Source of the DNA: Eledone cirrhosa | Taxonomy: Eukaryota | Direction: 5' to 3' | NCBI GenBank assembly: GCA_964016885.1 | Contig: OZ024741.1 | Location: 14,012,001-14,076,000 of the forward strand | DNA: 64,000 nucleotides | Part shown: positions 1-15,000 of the stretch, in pieces | Layout of the letters: every line of letters begins with the position of its first letter | How positions within the stretch are numbered: position 1 is the stretch's first letter | The notes under the pieces: generated by a model | What the model saw: only the letters and a program-made list of their open reading frames with translations | The model's database searches: none | Told to the model about the DNA's origin: nothing | Translations under genes and position numbers: made by a program

Positions 1-3000
1 AGTACACCATAATACTGTGGTTTAGTAACTAGGGTGTGGAGTACCACCATAATACTGTGGTTTAGTAACTAGGGTGTGGAGTACCACCATAATACTGTGG
101 TTTAGTAGCTAGGGTGTGGAGTACCACCATAATACTGTGGTTCAGTAACTAGGGTGTGGAGTACCACCATAATACTGTGGTTTAGTAGCTAGGGTGTGGA
201 GTACCACCATAATACTTTGTTCAGTAACTAGGGTGTGGAGTACCACCATAATACTGTGGTTTAGTAACTAGGGTGTGAAGTACAACCATAATACTGTGAT
301 TTAGTAACTAGGGTGGGGAGTACCACCATAATACTGTGGTTTAGTAGCTAGGGTGTGGAGTACCACCATAATACTGTGGTTTAGTAGCTAGGGTGTGGAG
401 TACCACCATAATACTGTGGTTTAGTAGCTAGGGTGTGGAGTACCACCATAATACTGTGGTTTAGTAACTAGTGTGTGGAGTACCACCATAATACTGTGAT
501 TTAGTAGTTAGGGTGTGGAGTACCACCATAATACTGTTGTTTAGTAGCTAGGGTGTGGAGTACCACCGTAATACTATGGTTTAGTAGCTAGGGTGTGGAG
601 TACCACCATAATACTGTGGTTTAGTAACTAGGGTGTGGACTACCACCATAATACTGTGGTTTAGTAACTAGAGTGTGGAGTACCACCATAATACTGTGGT
701 TTAGTAACTAGGGTGTGGAGTACCACCATAATACTGTGGTTTAGTAGCTAGGGTGTGGAGTACCACCATAATACTGTGGTTTAGTAACTAGGGTGTGGAG
801 TACCACCATAATACTGTGATTTAGTAGCTAGGGTGTGGAGTACCACCATAATACTGTTGTTTAGTAGCTAGGGTGTGGAGTACACCATCATACTGTGGTT
901 TAGTAGCTAGAGTGTGGAGTACCACCATAATACTGTGGTTTAGTAGCTAGGGTGTGGAGTACACCATAATACAGTGGTTTAGTAACTAGGGTGTGGAATA
1001 CCACCATAATACTGTGGTTTAGTAACTAGGGTGTGGAGTACCACCATAATACTGTGGTTTAGTAACTAGGGTGTGGAGTACCACCATAATACTGTGGTTT
1101 AGTGGCTAGGGTGTGGAGTACCACCATAATACTGTGGTTTAGTAACTAGGGTGTGGAGTACCACCATAATACTGTGGTTTAGTAGCTAGGGTGTGGAGTA
1201 CCACCATAATACTGTGGTTTAGTAACTAGGATGTGGAGTACCACCATAATACTGTGGTTTAGTAACTAGGGTGTGGAGTACCACCATAATACTGTGGTTT
1301 AGTAGCTAGGGTGTGGAGTACCACCATAATACTGTGGTTTAGTAAGTAGGGGGTGGAGTACCACCATAATACTGTGGTTTAGTAGCTAGGGTGTGGAGTA
1401 CCACCATAATACTGTGGTTTAATAACTAGGGTGTGGTGTACCACCATAATACTGTGGTTTAGTTGCTAGGGTGTGGAGTACCACCATAATACTGTGGTTT
1501 AGTAACTAGGATGTGGAGTACCACCATAATACTGTGGTTTAGTAACTAGGGTGTGGAATACCACCATAATACTGTGGTTTAGTAGCTAGGTGTGATGTAC
1601 CACCATAATACTGTGGTTTAGTAACTAGGGTGTGGAGTACCACCATAATACTGTGGTTTAGTAGCTAGGGTGTGGAGTACACCATACTACTGTGGTTTAG
1701 TAACTAGGGTGTAGAGTACCACCATAATACTGTGGTTTAGTAACTAGGGTGTGGAGTACCACCATAATACTGTGGTTTAGTAGCTAGGTGTGGAGTACAC
1801 CATAATACTGTGGTTTAGTAACTATGGTGTGGAGTACCACCATAATACTGTGGTTTAGTAACTAGGGTGTGGAGTACCACCATAATACTGTGGTTTAGTA
1901 GCTAGGGTGTGGAGTACACCATAATACAGTGGTTTAATAACTAGGGTGTGGAATACCACCATAATACTGTGGTGTAGTAACTAGGGTGTGGAGTACCACC
2001 ATAATACTGGTTTAGTAGCTAGGGTGTGGAGTACCACCGTAATACTGTGGTTTAGTAGCTAGGGTGTGGAGTACCACCGTAATACTGTGGTTTAGTAGCT
2101 AGGGTGTGGAGTACCACCATAATACTGTGGTTTAGTAACTAGGGTGTGGACTACCACCATAATACTGTGGTTTAGCAACTAGAGTGTGGAGTACCACCAT
2201 AATACTGTGGTTTAGTAACTAGAGGGTGGAGTACCACCATAATACTGTTGTTTAGTAGCTAGGGTGTGGAGTACACCATCATACTGTGGTTTAGTAGCTA
2301 GAGTGTGGAGTACCACCATAATACTGTGGTTTAGTAGCTAGGGTGTGGAGTACACCATAATACAGTGGTTTAGTAACTAGGGTGTGGAATACCACCATAA
2401 TACTGTGGTTTAGTAACTAGGGTGTGGAGTACCACCATAATACTGTGGTTTAGTAGCTAGGGTGTGGAGTACCACCATAATACTGTGGTTTAGTAACTAG
2501 GGTGTGGAGTACCACCATAATACTGTGGTTTAGTAGCTAGCGTGTGGAGTACCACCATAATACTGTGGTTTAGTAACTAGGATGTGGAGTACCACCATAA
2601 TACTGTGGTTTAGTAACTAGGGTGTGGAGTACCACCATAATACTGTGGCTTAGTAGCTAGGGTGTGGAGTACCACCATAATACTGTGGTTTAGTAACTAG
2701 GGGGTGGAGTACCACCATAATACTGTGGTTTGGTAGCTAGGGTGTGGAGTACCACCATAATACTGTGGTTTAGTAACTAGGGTGTGGTGTACCACCATAA
2801 TACTGTTGTTTAGTTGCTAGGGTGTGGAGTACCACCATAATACTGTGGTTTAGTAACTAGGGTGTGGAATACCACCATAATACTGTGGTTTAGTAGCTCG
2901 GTGTGATGTACCACCATAATACTGTGGTTTAGTAACTAGGGTGTGGAGTACCACCATAATACTGTGGTTTAGTAGCTAGGGTGTGGAGTACACCATAATA

Positions 3001-6000
3001 CTGTGGTTTAGTAACTAGGGTGTAGAGTACCACCATAATACTGTGGTTTAGTAACTAGGGTGTGGAGTACCACCATAATACTGTGGTTTAGAAGCTAGGG
3101 TGTGGAGTACACCATAATACTGTGGTTTAGTAACTAGGGTGTGGAGTACCACCATAATACTGTGGTTTAGTAACTAGGGTGTGGAGTACCACCATAATAC
3201 TGTGGTTTAGTAGCTAGGGTGTGGAGTACCACCATAATACTGTGGTTCAGTAACTAGGGTGTGGAATACCACCATAATACTGTGGTTTAGTAGCTAGGGT
3301 GTGGAGTACCACCATAATACTTTGTTCAGTAACTAGGGTGTGGAGTACCACCATAATACTGTGGTTTAGTAACTAGGGTGTGAAGTACAACCATAATACT
3401 GTGATTTAGTAACTAGGGTGGGGAGTACCCCATATTACTGTGGTTTAGTAGCTAGGGTGTGGAGTACCACCATAATACTGTGGTTTAGTAGCTAGGGTGT
3501 GGAGTACCACCATAATACTGTGGTTTAGTAGCTAGGGTGTGGAGTACCACCATAATACTGTGGTTTAGTAACTAGTGTGTGGAGTACCACCATAATACTG
3601 TGATTTAGTAGTTAGGGTGTGGAGTACCACCATAATACTGTTGTTTAGTAGCTAGGGTGTGGAGTACCACCGTAATACTATGGTTTAGTAGCTAGGGTGT
3701 GGAGTACCACCATAATACTGTGGTTTAGTAACTAGGGTGTGGACTACCACCATAATACTGTGGTTTAGTAACTAGAGTGTGGAGTACCACCATAATACTG
3801 TGGTTTAGTAACTAGGGTGTGGAGTACCACCATAATACTGTGGTTTAGTAGCTAGGGTGTGGAGTACCACCATAATACTGTGGTTTAGTAACTAGGGTGT
3901 GGAGTACCACCATAATACTGTGATTTAGTAGCTAGGGTGTGGAGTACCACCATAATACTGTTGTTTAGTAGCTAGGGTGTGGAGTACACCATCATACTGT
4001 GGTTTAGTAGCTAGAGTGTGGAGTACCACCATAATACTGTGGTTTAGTAGCTAGGGTGTGGAGTACACCATAATACAGTGGTTTAGTAACTAGGGTGTGG
4101 AATACCACCATAATACTGTGGTTTAGTAACTAGGGTGTGGAGTACCACCATAATACTGTGGTTTAGTAACTAGCGTGTGGAGTACCACCATAATACTGTG
4201 GTTTAGTGGCTAGGGTGTGGAGTACCACCATAATACTGTGGTTTAGTAACTAGGGTGTGGAGTACCACCATAATACTGTGGTTTAGTAGCTAGGGTGTGG
4301 AGTACCACCATAATACTGTGGTTTAGTAACTAGGATGTGGAGTACCACCATAATACTGTGGTTTAGTAACTAGGGTGTGGAGTACCACCATAATACTGTG
4401 GTTTAGTAACTAGGGTGTGGAGTACCACCATAATACTGTGGTTTAGTAACTAGGGTGTGGAGTACCACCATAATACTGTGGTTTAGTAGCTAGGGTGTGG
4501 AGTACCACCATAATACTGTGGTTTAGTAACTAGTGTGTGGAGTACCACCATAATACTGTGGTTTAGTAGCTAGGGTGTGGAGTACCACCATAATACTGTG
4601 GTTTAGTAACTAGGGTGTGGAGTACCACCATAATACTGTGGTTTAGTAACTAGGGTGTGGAGTACCACCATAATATTGTGGTTTAGTAGCTAGGGTGTGG
4701 AGTACCACCATAATACTGTGGTTTAGTAACTAGGGGGTGGAGTACCACCATAATACTGTGGTTTAGTAGCTAGGGTGTGGAGTACCACCATAATACTGTG
4801 GTTTAGTAACTAGGGTGTGGTGTACCACCATAATACTGTGGTTTAGTTGCTAGGGTGTGGAGTACCACCATAATACTGTGGATAGTAACTAGGATGTGAG
4901 GTACCAACATAATACTGTGGTTTAGTAACTAGGGTGTGGAATACCACCATAATACTGTAGTTTAGTAGCTCGGTGTGATGTACCACCATAATACTGTGGT
5001 TTAGTAACTAGGGTGTGGAGTACCACCATAATACTGTGGTTTAGTAGCTAGGGTGTGGAGTACACCATAATACTGTGGTTTAGTAACTAGGTTGTAGAGT
5101 ACCACCATAATACTGTGGTTTAGTAACTAGGGTGTGGAGTACCACCATAATACTGTGGTTTAGAAGCTAGGGTGTGGAGTACACCATAATACTGTGGTTT
5201 AGTAACTAGGGTGTGGAGTACCACCATAATACTGTGGTTTAGTAACTAGGGTGTGGAGTACCACCATAATACTGTGGTTTAGTAGCTAGGGTGTGGAGTA
5301 CCACCATAATACTGTGGTTCAGTAACTAGGGTGTGGAATACCACCATAATACTGTGGTTTAGTAGCTAGGGTGTGGAGTACCACCATAATACTTTGTTCA
5401 GTAACTAGGGTGTGGAGTACCACCATAATACTGTGGTTTAGTAACTAGGGTGTGAAGTACAACCATAATACTGTGATTTAGTAACTAGGGTGGGGAGTAC
5501 CACCATAATACTGTGGTTTAGTAGCTAGGGTGTGGAGTACCACCATAATACTGTGGTTTAGTAGCTAGGGTGTGGAGTACCACCATAATACTGTGGTTTA
5601 GTAGCTAGGGTGTGGAGTACCACCATAATACTGTGGTTTAGTAACTAGTGTGTGGAGTACCACCATAATACTGTGATTTAGTAGTTAGGGTGTGGAGTAC
5701 CACCATAATACTGTTGTTTAGTAGCTAGGGTGTGGAGTACCACCGTAATACTATGGTTTAGTAGCTAGGGTGTGGAGTACCACCATAATACTGTGGTTTA
5801 GTAACTAGGGTGTGGACTACCACCATAATACTGTGGTTTAGTAACTAGAGTGTGGAGTACCACCATAATACTGTGGTTTAGTAACTAGGGTGTGGAGTAC
5901 CACCATAATACTGTGGTTTAGTAGCTAGGGTGTGGAGTACCACCATAATACTGTGGTTTAGTAACTAGGGTGTGGAGTACCACCATAATACTGTGATTTA

Positions 6001-9000
6001 GTAGCTAGGGTGTGGAGTACCACCATAATACTGTTGTTTAGTAGCTAGGGTGTGGAGTACACCATCATACTGTGGTTTAGTAGCTAGAGTGTGGAGTACC
6101 ACCATAATACTGTGGTTTAGTAGCTAGGGTGTGGAGTACACCATAATACAGTGGTTTAGTAACTAGGGTGTGGAATACCACCATAATACTGTGGTTTAGT
6201 AACTAGGGTGTGGAGTACCACCATAATACTGTGGTTTAGTAACTAGGGTGTGGAGTACCACCATAATACTGTGGTTTAGTGGCTAGGGTGTGGAGTACCA
6301 CCATAATACTGTGGTTTAGTAACTAGGGTGTGGAGTACCACCATAATACTGTGGTTTAGTAGCTAGGGTGTGGAGTACCACCATAATACTGTGGTTTAGT
6401 AACTAGGATGTGGAGTACCACCATAATACTGTGGTTTAGTAACTAGGGTGTGGAGTACCACCATAATACTGTGGTTTAGTAGCTAGGGTGTGGAGTACCA
6501 CCATAATACTGTGGTTTAGTAAGTAGGGGGTGGAGTACCACCATAATACTGTGGTTTAGTAGCTAGGGTGTGGAGTACCACCATAATACTGTGGTTTAAT
6601 AACTAGGGTGTGGTGTACCACCATAATACTGTGGTTTAGTTGCTAGGGTGTGGAGTACCACCATAATACTGTGGTTTAGTAACTAGGATGTGGAGTACCA
6701 CCATAATACTGTGGTTTAGTAACTAGGGTGTGGAATACCACCATAATACTGTGGTTTAGTAGCTAGGTGTGATGTACCACCATAATACTGTGGTTTAGTA
6801 ACTAGGGTGTGGAGTACCACCATAATACTGTGGTTTAGTAGCTAGGGTGTGGAGTACACCATACTACTGTGGTTTAGTAACTAGGGTGTAGAGTACCACC
6901 ATAATACTGTGGTTTAGTAACTAGGGTGTGGAGTACCACCATAATACTGTGGTTTAGTAGCTAGGTGTGGAGTACACCATAATACTGTGGTTTAGTAACT
7001 ATGGTGTGGAGTACCACCATAATACTGTGGTTTAGTAACTAGGGTGTGGAGTACCACCATAATACTGTGGTTTAGTAGCTAGGGTGTGGAGTACACCATA
7101 ATACAGTGGTTTAGTAACTAGGGTGTGGAATACCACCATAATACTGTGGTGTAGTAACTAGGGTGTGGAGTACCACCATAATACTGGTTTAGTAGCTAGG
7201 GTGTGGAGTACCACCGTAATACTGTGGTTTAGTAGCTAGGGTGTGGAGTACCACTGTAATACTGTGGTTTAGTAGCTAGGGTGTGGAGTACCACCATAAT
7301 ACTGTGGTTTAGTAACTAGGGTGTGGACTACCACCATAATACTGTGGTTTAGCAACTAGAGTGTGGAGTACCACCATAATACTGTGGTTTAGTAACTAGA
7401 GGGTGGAGTACCACCATAATACTGTTGTTTAGTAGCTAGGGTGTGGAGTACACCATCATACTGTGGTTTAGTAGCTAGAGTGTGGAGTACCACCATAATA
7501 CTGTGGTTTAGTAGCTAGGGTGTGGAGTACACCATAATACAGTGGTTTAGTAACTAGGGTGTGGAATACCACCATAATACTGTGGTTTAGTAACTAGGGT
7601 GTGGAGTACCACCATAATACTGTGGTTTAGTAGCTAGGGTGTGGAGTACCACCATAATACTGTGGTTTAGTAACTAGGGTGTGGAGTACCACCATAATAC
7701 TGTGGTTTAGTAGCTAGCGTGTGGAGTACCACCATAATACTGTGGTTTAGTAACTAGGATGTGGAGTACCACCATAATACTGTGGTTTAGTAACTAGGGT
7801 GTGGAGTACCACCATAATACTGTGGTTTAGTAGCTAGGGTGTGGAGTACCACCATAATACTGTGGTTTAGTAACTAGGGGGTGGAGTACCACCATAATAC
7901 TGTGGTTTGGTAGCTAGGGTGTGGAGTACCACCATAATACTGTGGTTTAGTAACTAGGGTGTGGTGTACCACCATAATACTGTTGTTTAGTTGCTAGGGT
8001 GTGGAGTACCACCATAATACTGTGGTTTAGTAACTAGGGTGTGGAATACCACCATAATACTGTGGTTTAGTAGCTCGGTGTGATGTACCACCATAATACT
8101 GTGGTTTAGTAACTAGGGTGTGGAGTACCACCATAATACTGTGGTTTAGTAGCTAGGGTGTGGAGTACACCATAATACTGTGGTTTAGTAACTAGGGTGT
8201 AGAGTACCACCATAATGCTGTGGTTTAGTAACTAGGGTGTGGAGTACCACCATAATACTGTGGTTTAGTAGCTAGGGTGTGGAGTACACCATAATACTGT
8301 AGTTTAGTAACTAGGGTGTGGAGTACCACCATAATACTGTGGTTTAGTAACTAGGGTGTGGAGTACCACCATAATACTGTGGTTTAGTAGCTAGGGTGTG
8401 GAGTACCACCATAATACTGTGGTTCAGTAACTAGGGTGTGGAGTACCACCATATTACTGTGGTTTAGTAGCTAGGGTGTGGAGTACCACCATAATACTTT
8501 GTTTAGTAACTAGGGTGTGGAGTACGACCATAATACTGTGGTTTAGTAACTAGGGTGTGAAGTACAACCATAATACTTTGATTTAGTAACTAGGGTGGGG
8601 AGTACCACCATAATACTGTGGTTTAGTAGCTAGGGTGTGGAGTACCACCATAATACTGTGGTTTAGTAACTAGGGTGTGGACTACCACCATAATACTGTG
8701 GTTTAGTAGCTAGGGTGTGGAGTACCACCATAATACTGTGGTTTAGTAACTAGGGTGTGGAGTACCACCATAATACTGTGATTTAGTAGCTAGGGTGTGG
8801 AGTACCACCATAATACTGTTGTTTAGTAGCTAGGGTGTGGAGTACCACCGTAATACTATGGTTTAGTAGCTAGGGTGTGGAGTACCACCATAATACTGTG
8901 GTTTAGTAACTAGGGTGTGGACTACCACCATAATACTGTGGTTTAGTAACTAGAGTGTGGAGTACCACCATAATACTGTGGTTTAGTAACTAGGGTGTGG

Positions 9001-12000
9001 AGTACCACCATAATACTGTGGTTTAGTAGCTAGGGTGTGGAGTACCACCATAATACTGTGGTTTAGTAGCTAGGGTGTGGAGTACCACCATAATACTGTT
9101 GTTTAGTAGCTAGGGTGTGGAGTACACCATCATACTGTGGTTTAGTAGCTAGAGTGTGGAGTACCACCATAATACTGTGGTTTAGTAGCTAGGGTGTGGA
9201 GTACAACCATAATACTGTGGTTTAGTAGCTAGGGTGTGGAGTACCACCATAATACTGTGGTTTAGTAACTAGGGTGTGGAGTACCACCATAATACTGTGG
9301 TTTAGTAACTAGGGTGTGGAGTACCACCATAATACTGTGGTTTAGTAGCTAGGGTGTGGAGTACCACCATAATACTATGGTTTAGTAACTAGGGGGTGGA
9401 GTACCACCATAATACTGTGGTTTAGTAGCTAGGGTGTGGAGTACCACCATAATACTGTGGTTTAGTAACTAGGGTGTGGTGTACCACCATAATACTGTGG
9501 TTTAGTTGCTAGGGTGTGGAGTACCACCATAATACTGTGGTTTAGTAACTAGGATGTGGAATACCACCATAATACTGTGGTTTAGTAACTAGGGTGTGGA
9601 ATACCACCATAATACTGTGGTTTACTAGCTAGGTGTGATGTACCACCATAATACTGTGGTTTAGTAACTAGGGTGTGGAGTACCACCATAATACTGTGGT
9701 TTAGTAGCTAGTGTGTGGAGTACACCATAATACTGTGGTTTAGTAACTAGGGTGTAGAGTACCACCATAATACTGTGGTTTAGTAACTAGGGTGTGGAGT
9801 ACCACCATAATACTGTGGTTTAGTAGCTAGGGTGTGGAGTACACCATAATACTGTGGTTTAGTAACTAGGGTGTGGAGTACCACCATAATACTGTGGTTT
9901 AGTAACTAGGGTGTGGAGTACCACCATAATACTGTGGTTTAGTAGCTAGGGTGTGGAGTACCACCATAATACTGTGGTTTAGTAACTAGGGTGTGGAGTA
10001 CCACCATAATACTGTGGTTTAGTAGCTAGGGTGTGGAATACCACCATAATACTGTGGTTTAGTAACTAGGGGGTGGAGTACCACCATAATACTGTGGTTT
10101 AGTAGCTAGGGTGTGGAGTACCACCATAATACTGTGGTTTAGTAACTAGGGTGTGGTGTACCACCATAATACTGTGGTTTAGTTGCTAGGGTGTGGAGTA
10201 CCACCATAATACTGTGGTTTAGTAACTAAGATGTGGAGTACCACCATAATACTGTGGTTTAGTAACTAGGGTGTGGAATACCACCATAATACTGTGGTTT
10301 ACTAGCTAGGTGTGATGTACCACCATAATACTGTGGTTTAGTAACTAGGGTGTGGAGTACCACCATAATACTGTGGTTTAGTAGCTAGGGTGTGGAGTAC
10401 ACCATAATACTGTGGTTTAGTAACTAGGGTGTAGAGTACCACCATAATACTGTGGTTTAGTAACTAGGGTGTGGAGTACCACCATAATACTGTGGTTTAG
10501 TAACTAGGGTGTGGAGTACCACCATAATACTGTGGTTTAGTAGCTAGGGTGTGGAGTACCACCATAACACTGTGGTTTAGTAACTAGGGTGTGGAGTACC
10601 ACCATAATACTGTGGTTTAGTAGCTAGGGTGTGGAGTACCACCATAATACTGTGGTTTAGTAACTAGGGTGTGGAGTACCACCATAATACTGTGGTTTAC
10701 TAGCTAGGGTGTGGAGTACACCATAATACAGTGGTTTAGTAACTAGGGTGTGGAATACCACCATAATAATGTGGTTTAGTAACTAGGGTGTGGAGTACCA
10801 CCATAATACTGGTTTAGTAGCTAGGGTGTGGAGTACCACCGTAATACTGTGGTTTACTAGCTAGGGTGTGGAGTACCACCGTAATACTGTGGTTTAGTAG
10901 CTAGGGTGTGGAGTACCACCATAATACTGTGGTTTAGTAACTAGGGTGTGGACTACCACCATAATACTGTGGTTTAGCAACTAGAGTGTGGAGTACCACC
11001 ATAATACTGTGGTTTGGTAGCTAGGGTGTGGAGTACCACCATAATACTGTGGTTTAGTAACTAGGGTGTGGTGTACCACCATAATACTGTTGTTTAGTTG
11101 CTAGGGTGTGGAATACCACCATAATACTGTGGATAGTAACTAGGATGTGGAGTACCAACATAATACTGTGGTTTAGTAACTAGGGTGTGGAATACCACCA
11201 TAATACTGTGGTTTAGTAGCTCGGTGTGATGTACCACCATAATACTGTGGTTTAGTAACTAGGGTGTGGAGTACCACCATAATACTGTGGTTTAGTAGCT
11301 AGGGTGTGGAGTACACCATAATACTGTGGTTTAGTAACTAGGGTGTAGAGTACCACCATAATACTGTGGTTTAGTAACTAGGGTGTGGAGTACCACCATA
11401 ATACTGAGGTTTAGTAGCTAGGGTGTGGAGTACACCATAATACTGTAGTTTAGTAACTAGGGTGTGGAGTACCACCATAATACTGTGGTTTAGTAACTAG
11501 GGTGTGGAGTACCACCATAATACTGTGGTTTAGTAGCTAGGGTGTGGAGTACCACCATAATACTGTGGTTCAGTAACTAGGGTGTGGAGTACCACCATAA
11601 TACTGTGGTTTAGTAGCTAGGGTGTGGAGTACCACCATAATACTTTGTTTAGTAACTAGGGTGTGGAGTACCACCATAATACTGTGGTTTAGTAACTAGG
11701 GTGTGAAGTACAACCATAATACTGTGATTTAGTAACTAGGGTGGGGAGTACCACCATAATACTGTGGTTTAGTAGCTAGGGTGTGGAGTACCACCATAAT
11801 ACTGTGGTTTAGTAACTAGGGTGTGGAGTACCACCATAATACTGTGGTTTAGTAGCTAGGGTGTGGAGTACCACCATAATACTGTGGTTTAGTAACTAGG
11901 GTGTGGAGTACCACCATAATACTGTGATTTAGTAGCTAGGGTGTGGAGTACCACCATAATACTGTTGTTTAGTAGCTAGGGTGTGGAGTACCACCGTAAT

Positions 12001-15000
12001 ACTATGGTTTAGTAGCTAGGGTGTGGAGTACCACCATAATACTGTGGTTTAGTAACTAGGGTGTGGACTACCACCATAATACTGTGGTTTAGTAACTAGA
12101 GTGTGGAGTACCACCATAATACTGTGGTTTAGTAACTAGGGTGTGGAGTACCACCATAATACTGTGGTTTAGTAGCTAGGGTGTGGAGTACCACCATAAT
12201 ACTGTGGTTTAGTAACTAGGGGGTGGAGTACCACCATAATACTGTGGTTTAGTAGCTAAGGTGTGGAGTACCACCATAATACTGTGGTTTAGTAACTAGG
12301 GTGTGGTGTACCACCATAATACTGTGGTTTAGTTGCTAGGGTGTGGAGTACCACCATAATACTGTGGTTTAGTAACTAGGATGTGGAGTACCACCATAAT
12401 ACTGTGGTTTAGTAACTAGGGTGTGGAATACCACCATAATACTGTGGTTTACTAGCTAGGTGTGATGTACCACCATAATACTGTGGTTTAGTAACTAGGG
12501 TGTGGAGTACCACCATAATACTGTGGTTTAGTAGCTAGGGTGTGGAGTACACCATAATACTGTGGTTTAGTAACTAGGGTGTAGAGTACCACCATAATAC
12601 TGTGGTTTAGTAACTAGGGTGTGGAGTACCACCATAATACTGTGGTTTAGTAGCTAGGGTGTGGAGTACACCATAATACTGTGGTTTAGTAACTAGGGTG
12701 TGGAGTACCACCATAATACTGTGGTTTAGTAACTAGGGTGTGGAGTACCACCATAATACTGTGGTTTAGTAGCTAGGGTGTGGAGTACCACCATAATACT
12801 GTGGTTTAGTAACTAGGGTGTGGAGTACCACCATAATACTGTGGTTTAGTAGCTAGGGTGTGGAGTACCACCATAATACTGTGGTTTAGTAACTAGGGTG
12901 TGGAGTACCACCATAATACTGTGGTTTACTAGCTAGGGTGTGGAGTACACCATAATACAGTGGTTTAGTAACTAGGGTGTGGAATACCACCATAATACTG
13001 TGGTTTAGTAACTAGGGTGTGGAGTACCACCATAATACTGGTTTAGTAGCTAGGGTGTGGAGTACCACCGTAATACTGTGGTTTAGTAGCTAGGGTGTGG
13101 AGTACCACCGTAATACTGTGGTTTAGTAGCTAGGGTGTGGAGTACCACCATAATACTGTGGTTTAGTAACTAGGGTGTGGACTACCACCATAATACTGTG
13201 GTTTAGCAACTAGAGTGTGGAGTACCACCATAATACTGTGGTTTTGTAACTAGAGGGTGGAGTACCACCATAATACTGTGGTTTAGTAACTATGGTGTGG
13301 AGTACCACCATAATACTGTGGTTTAGTAACTAGGGTGTGGAGTACCACCATAATACTGTGGTTTAGTAACTAGGGTGTCGAGTACCACCACAATACTGTG
13401 ATTTAGTAACTAGGGTGTGGAGTACCACCATAATACTGTGGTTTAGTAACTAGGGTGTGGAGTACCACCATAATACTGTGGTTTAGTAGCTAGGGTGTGG
13501 AGTACACCATAATACTGTGGTTTAGTAACTAGGGTGTGGAGTACCACCATAATACTGTGGTTTAGTAACTAGGATGTGGAGTACCACCATAATACTGTGG
13601 TTTAGTAACTAGGGTGTGGAGTACCACCATAATACTCTGGTTTAGTAGCTAGGGTGTGATGTACCACCATAATACTGTGGTTTAGTAACTAGGGGGTGGA
13701 GTACCACCATAATACTGTGGTTTAGTAGCTAGGGTGTGGAGTACCACCATAATACTGTGGTTTAGTAACTAGGGTGTGGAGTACCACCATAATACTGTGG
13801 TTTAGTTGCTAGGGTGTGGAGTACCACCATAATACTGTGGTTTAGTAACTAGGGTGTGGAGTACCACAATAATACTGTCGTTTAGTAACTAGCGTGTGGA
13901 GTACCACCATAATACTGTGGTTTAGTAACTAGGGTGTGGAGTACCACCATAATACTGTGGTTTAGTAGCTAGGGTGTGGAGTACCACCATAATACTGTGG
14001 TTTAGTAGCTAGGGTGTGGAGTACGACCATAATACTGTGGTTTAGTAGCTAGGGTGTGGAGTACCACCATAATACTGTGGTTTAGTAACTAGGGTGTGGA
14101 GTACCACCATAATACTGTGGTTTGGTAACTAGGGTGTGGAGTTCCACCATAATACTGTGATTTAGTAACTAGGGTGTGGAGTACCACCATAATACTGGTT
14201 TAGTAGCTAGGGTGTGGAGTACCACCGTAATACTGTGGTTTAGTAGCTAGGGTGTGGAGTACACCATAATACTGTGGTTTAGTAGCTAGGGTGTGGAGTA
14301 CCACCATAATACTGTGGTTTAGTAGCTAGGGTGTGGAGTACACCATAATACAGTGGTTTAGCAGCTAGGATGTGGAGTACCACCATAATACTGTGGTTTA
14401 GTAACTAGGGTGTGGAGTACCACCATAATACTGTGATTTAGTAGCTAGGGTGTGGAGTACCACCATAATACTGTTGTTTAGTAGCTAGGGTGTGGAGTAC
14501 ACCATAATACTGTGGTTTAGTAGCTAGAGTGTGGAGTACCACCATAATACTGTGGTTTAGTAGCTAGGGTGTGGAGTACACCATAATACAGTGGTTTAGT
14601 AACTAGGGTGTGGAGTACCACCATAATACTGTGATTTAGTAGCTAGGGTGTGGAGTACCACCATAATACTGTTGTTTAGTAGCTAGGGTGTGGAGTACCA
14701 CCGTAATACTATGGTTTAGTAGCTAGGGTGTGGAGTACCACCATAATACTGTGGTTTAGTAACTAGGGTGTGGACTACCACCATAATACTGTGGTTTAGT
14801 AGCTAGGGTGTGGAGTACCACCATAATACTGTGGTTTAGTAACTAGGGTGTGGAGTACCACCATAATACTGTGATTTAGTAGCTAGGGTGTGGAGTACCA
14901 CCATAATACTGTTGTTTAGTAGCTAGGGTGTGGAGTACCACCGTAATACTATGGTTTAGTAGCTAGGGTGTGGAGTACCACCATAATACCGTGGTTTAGT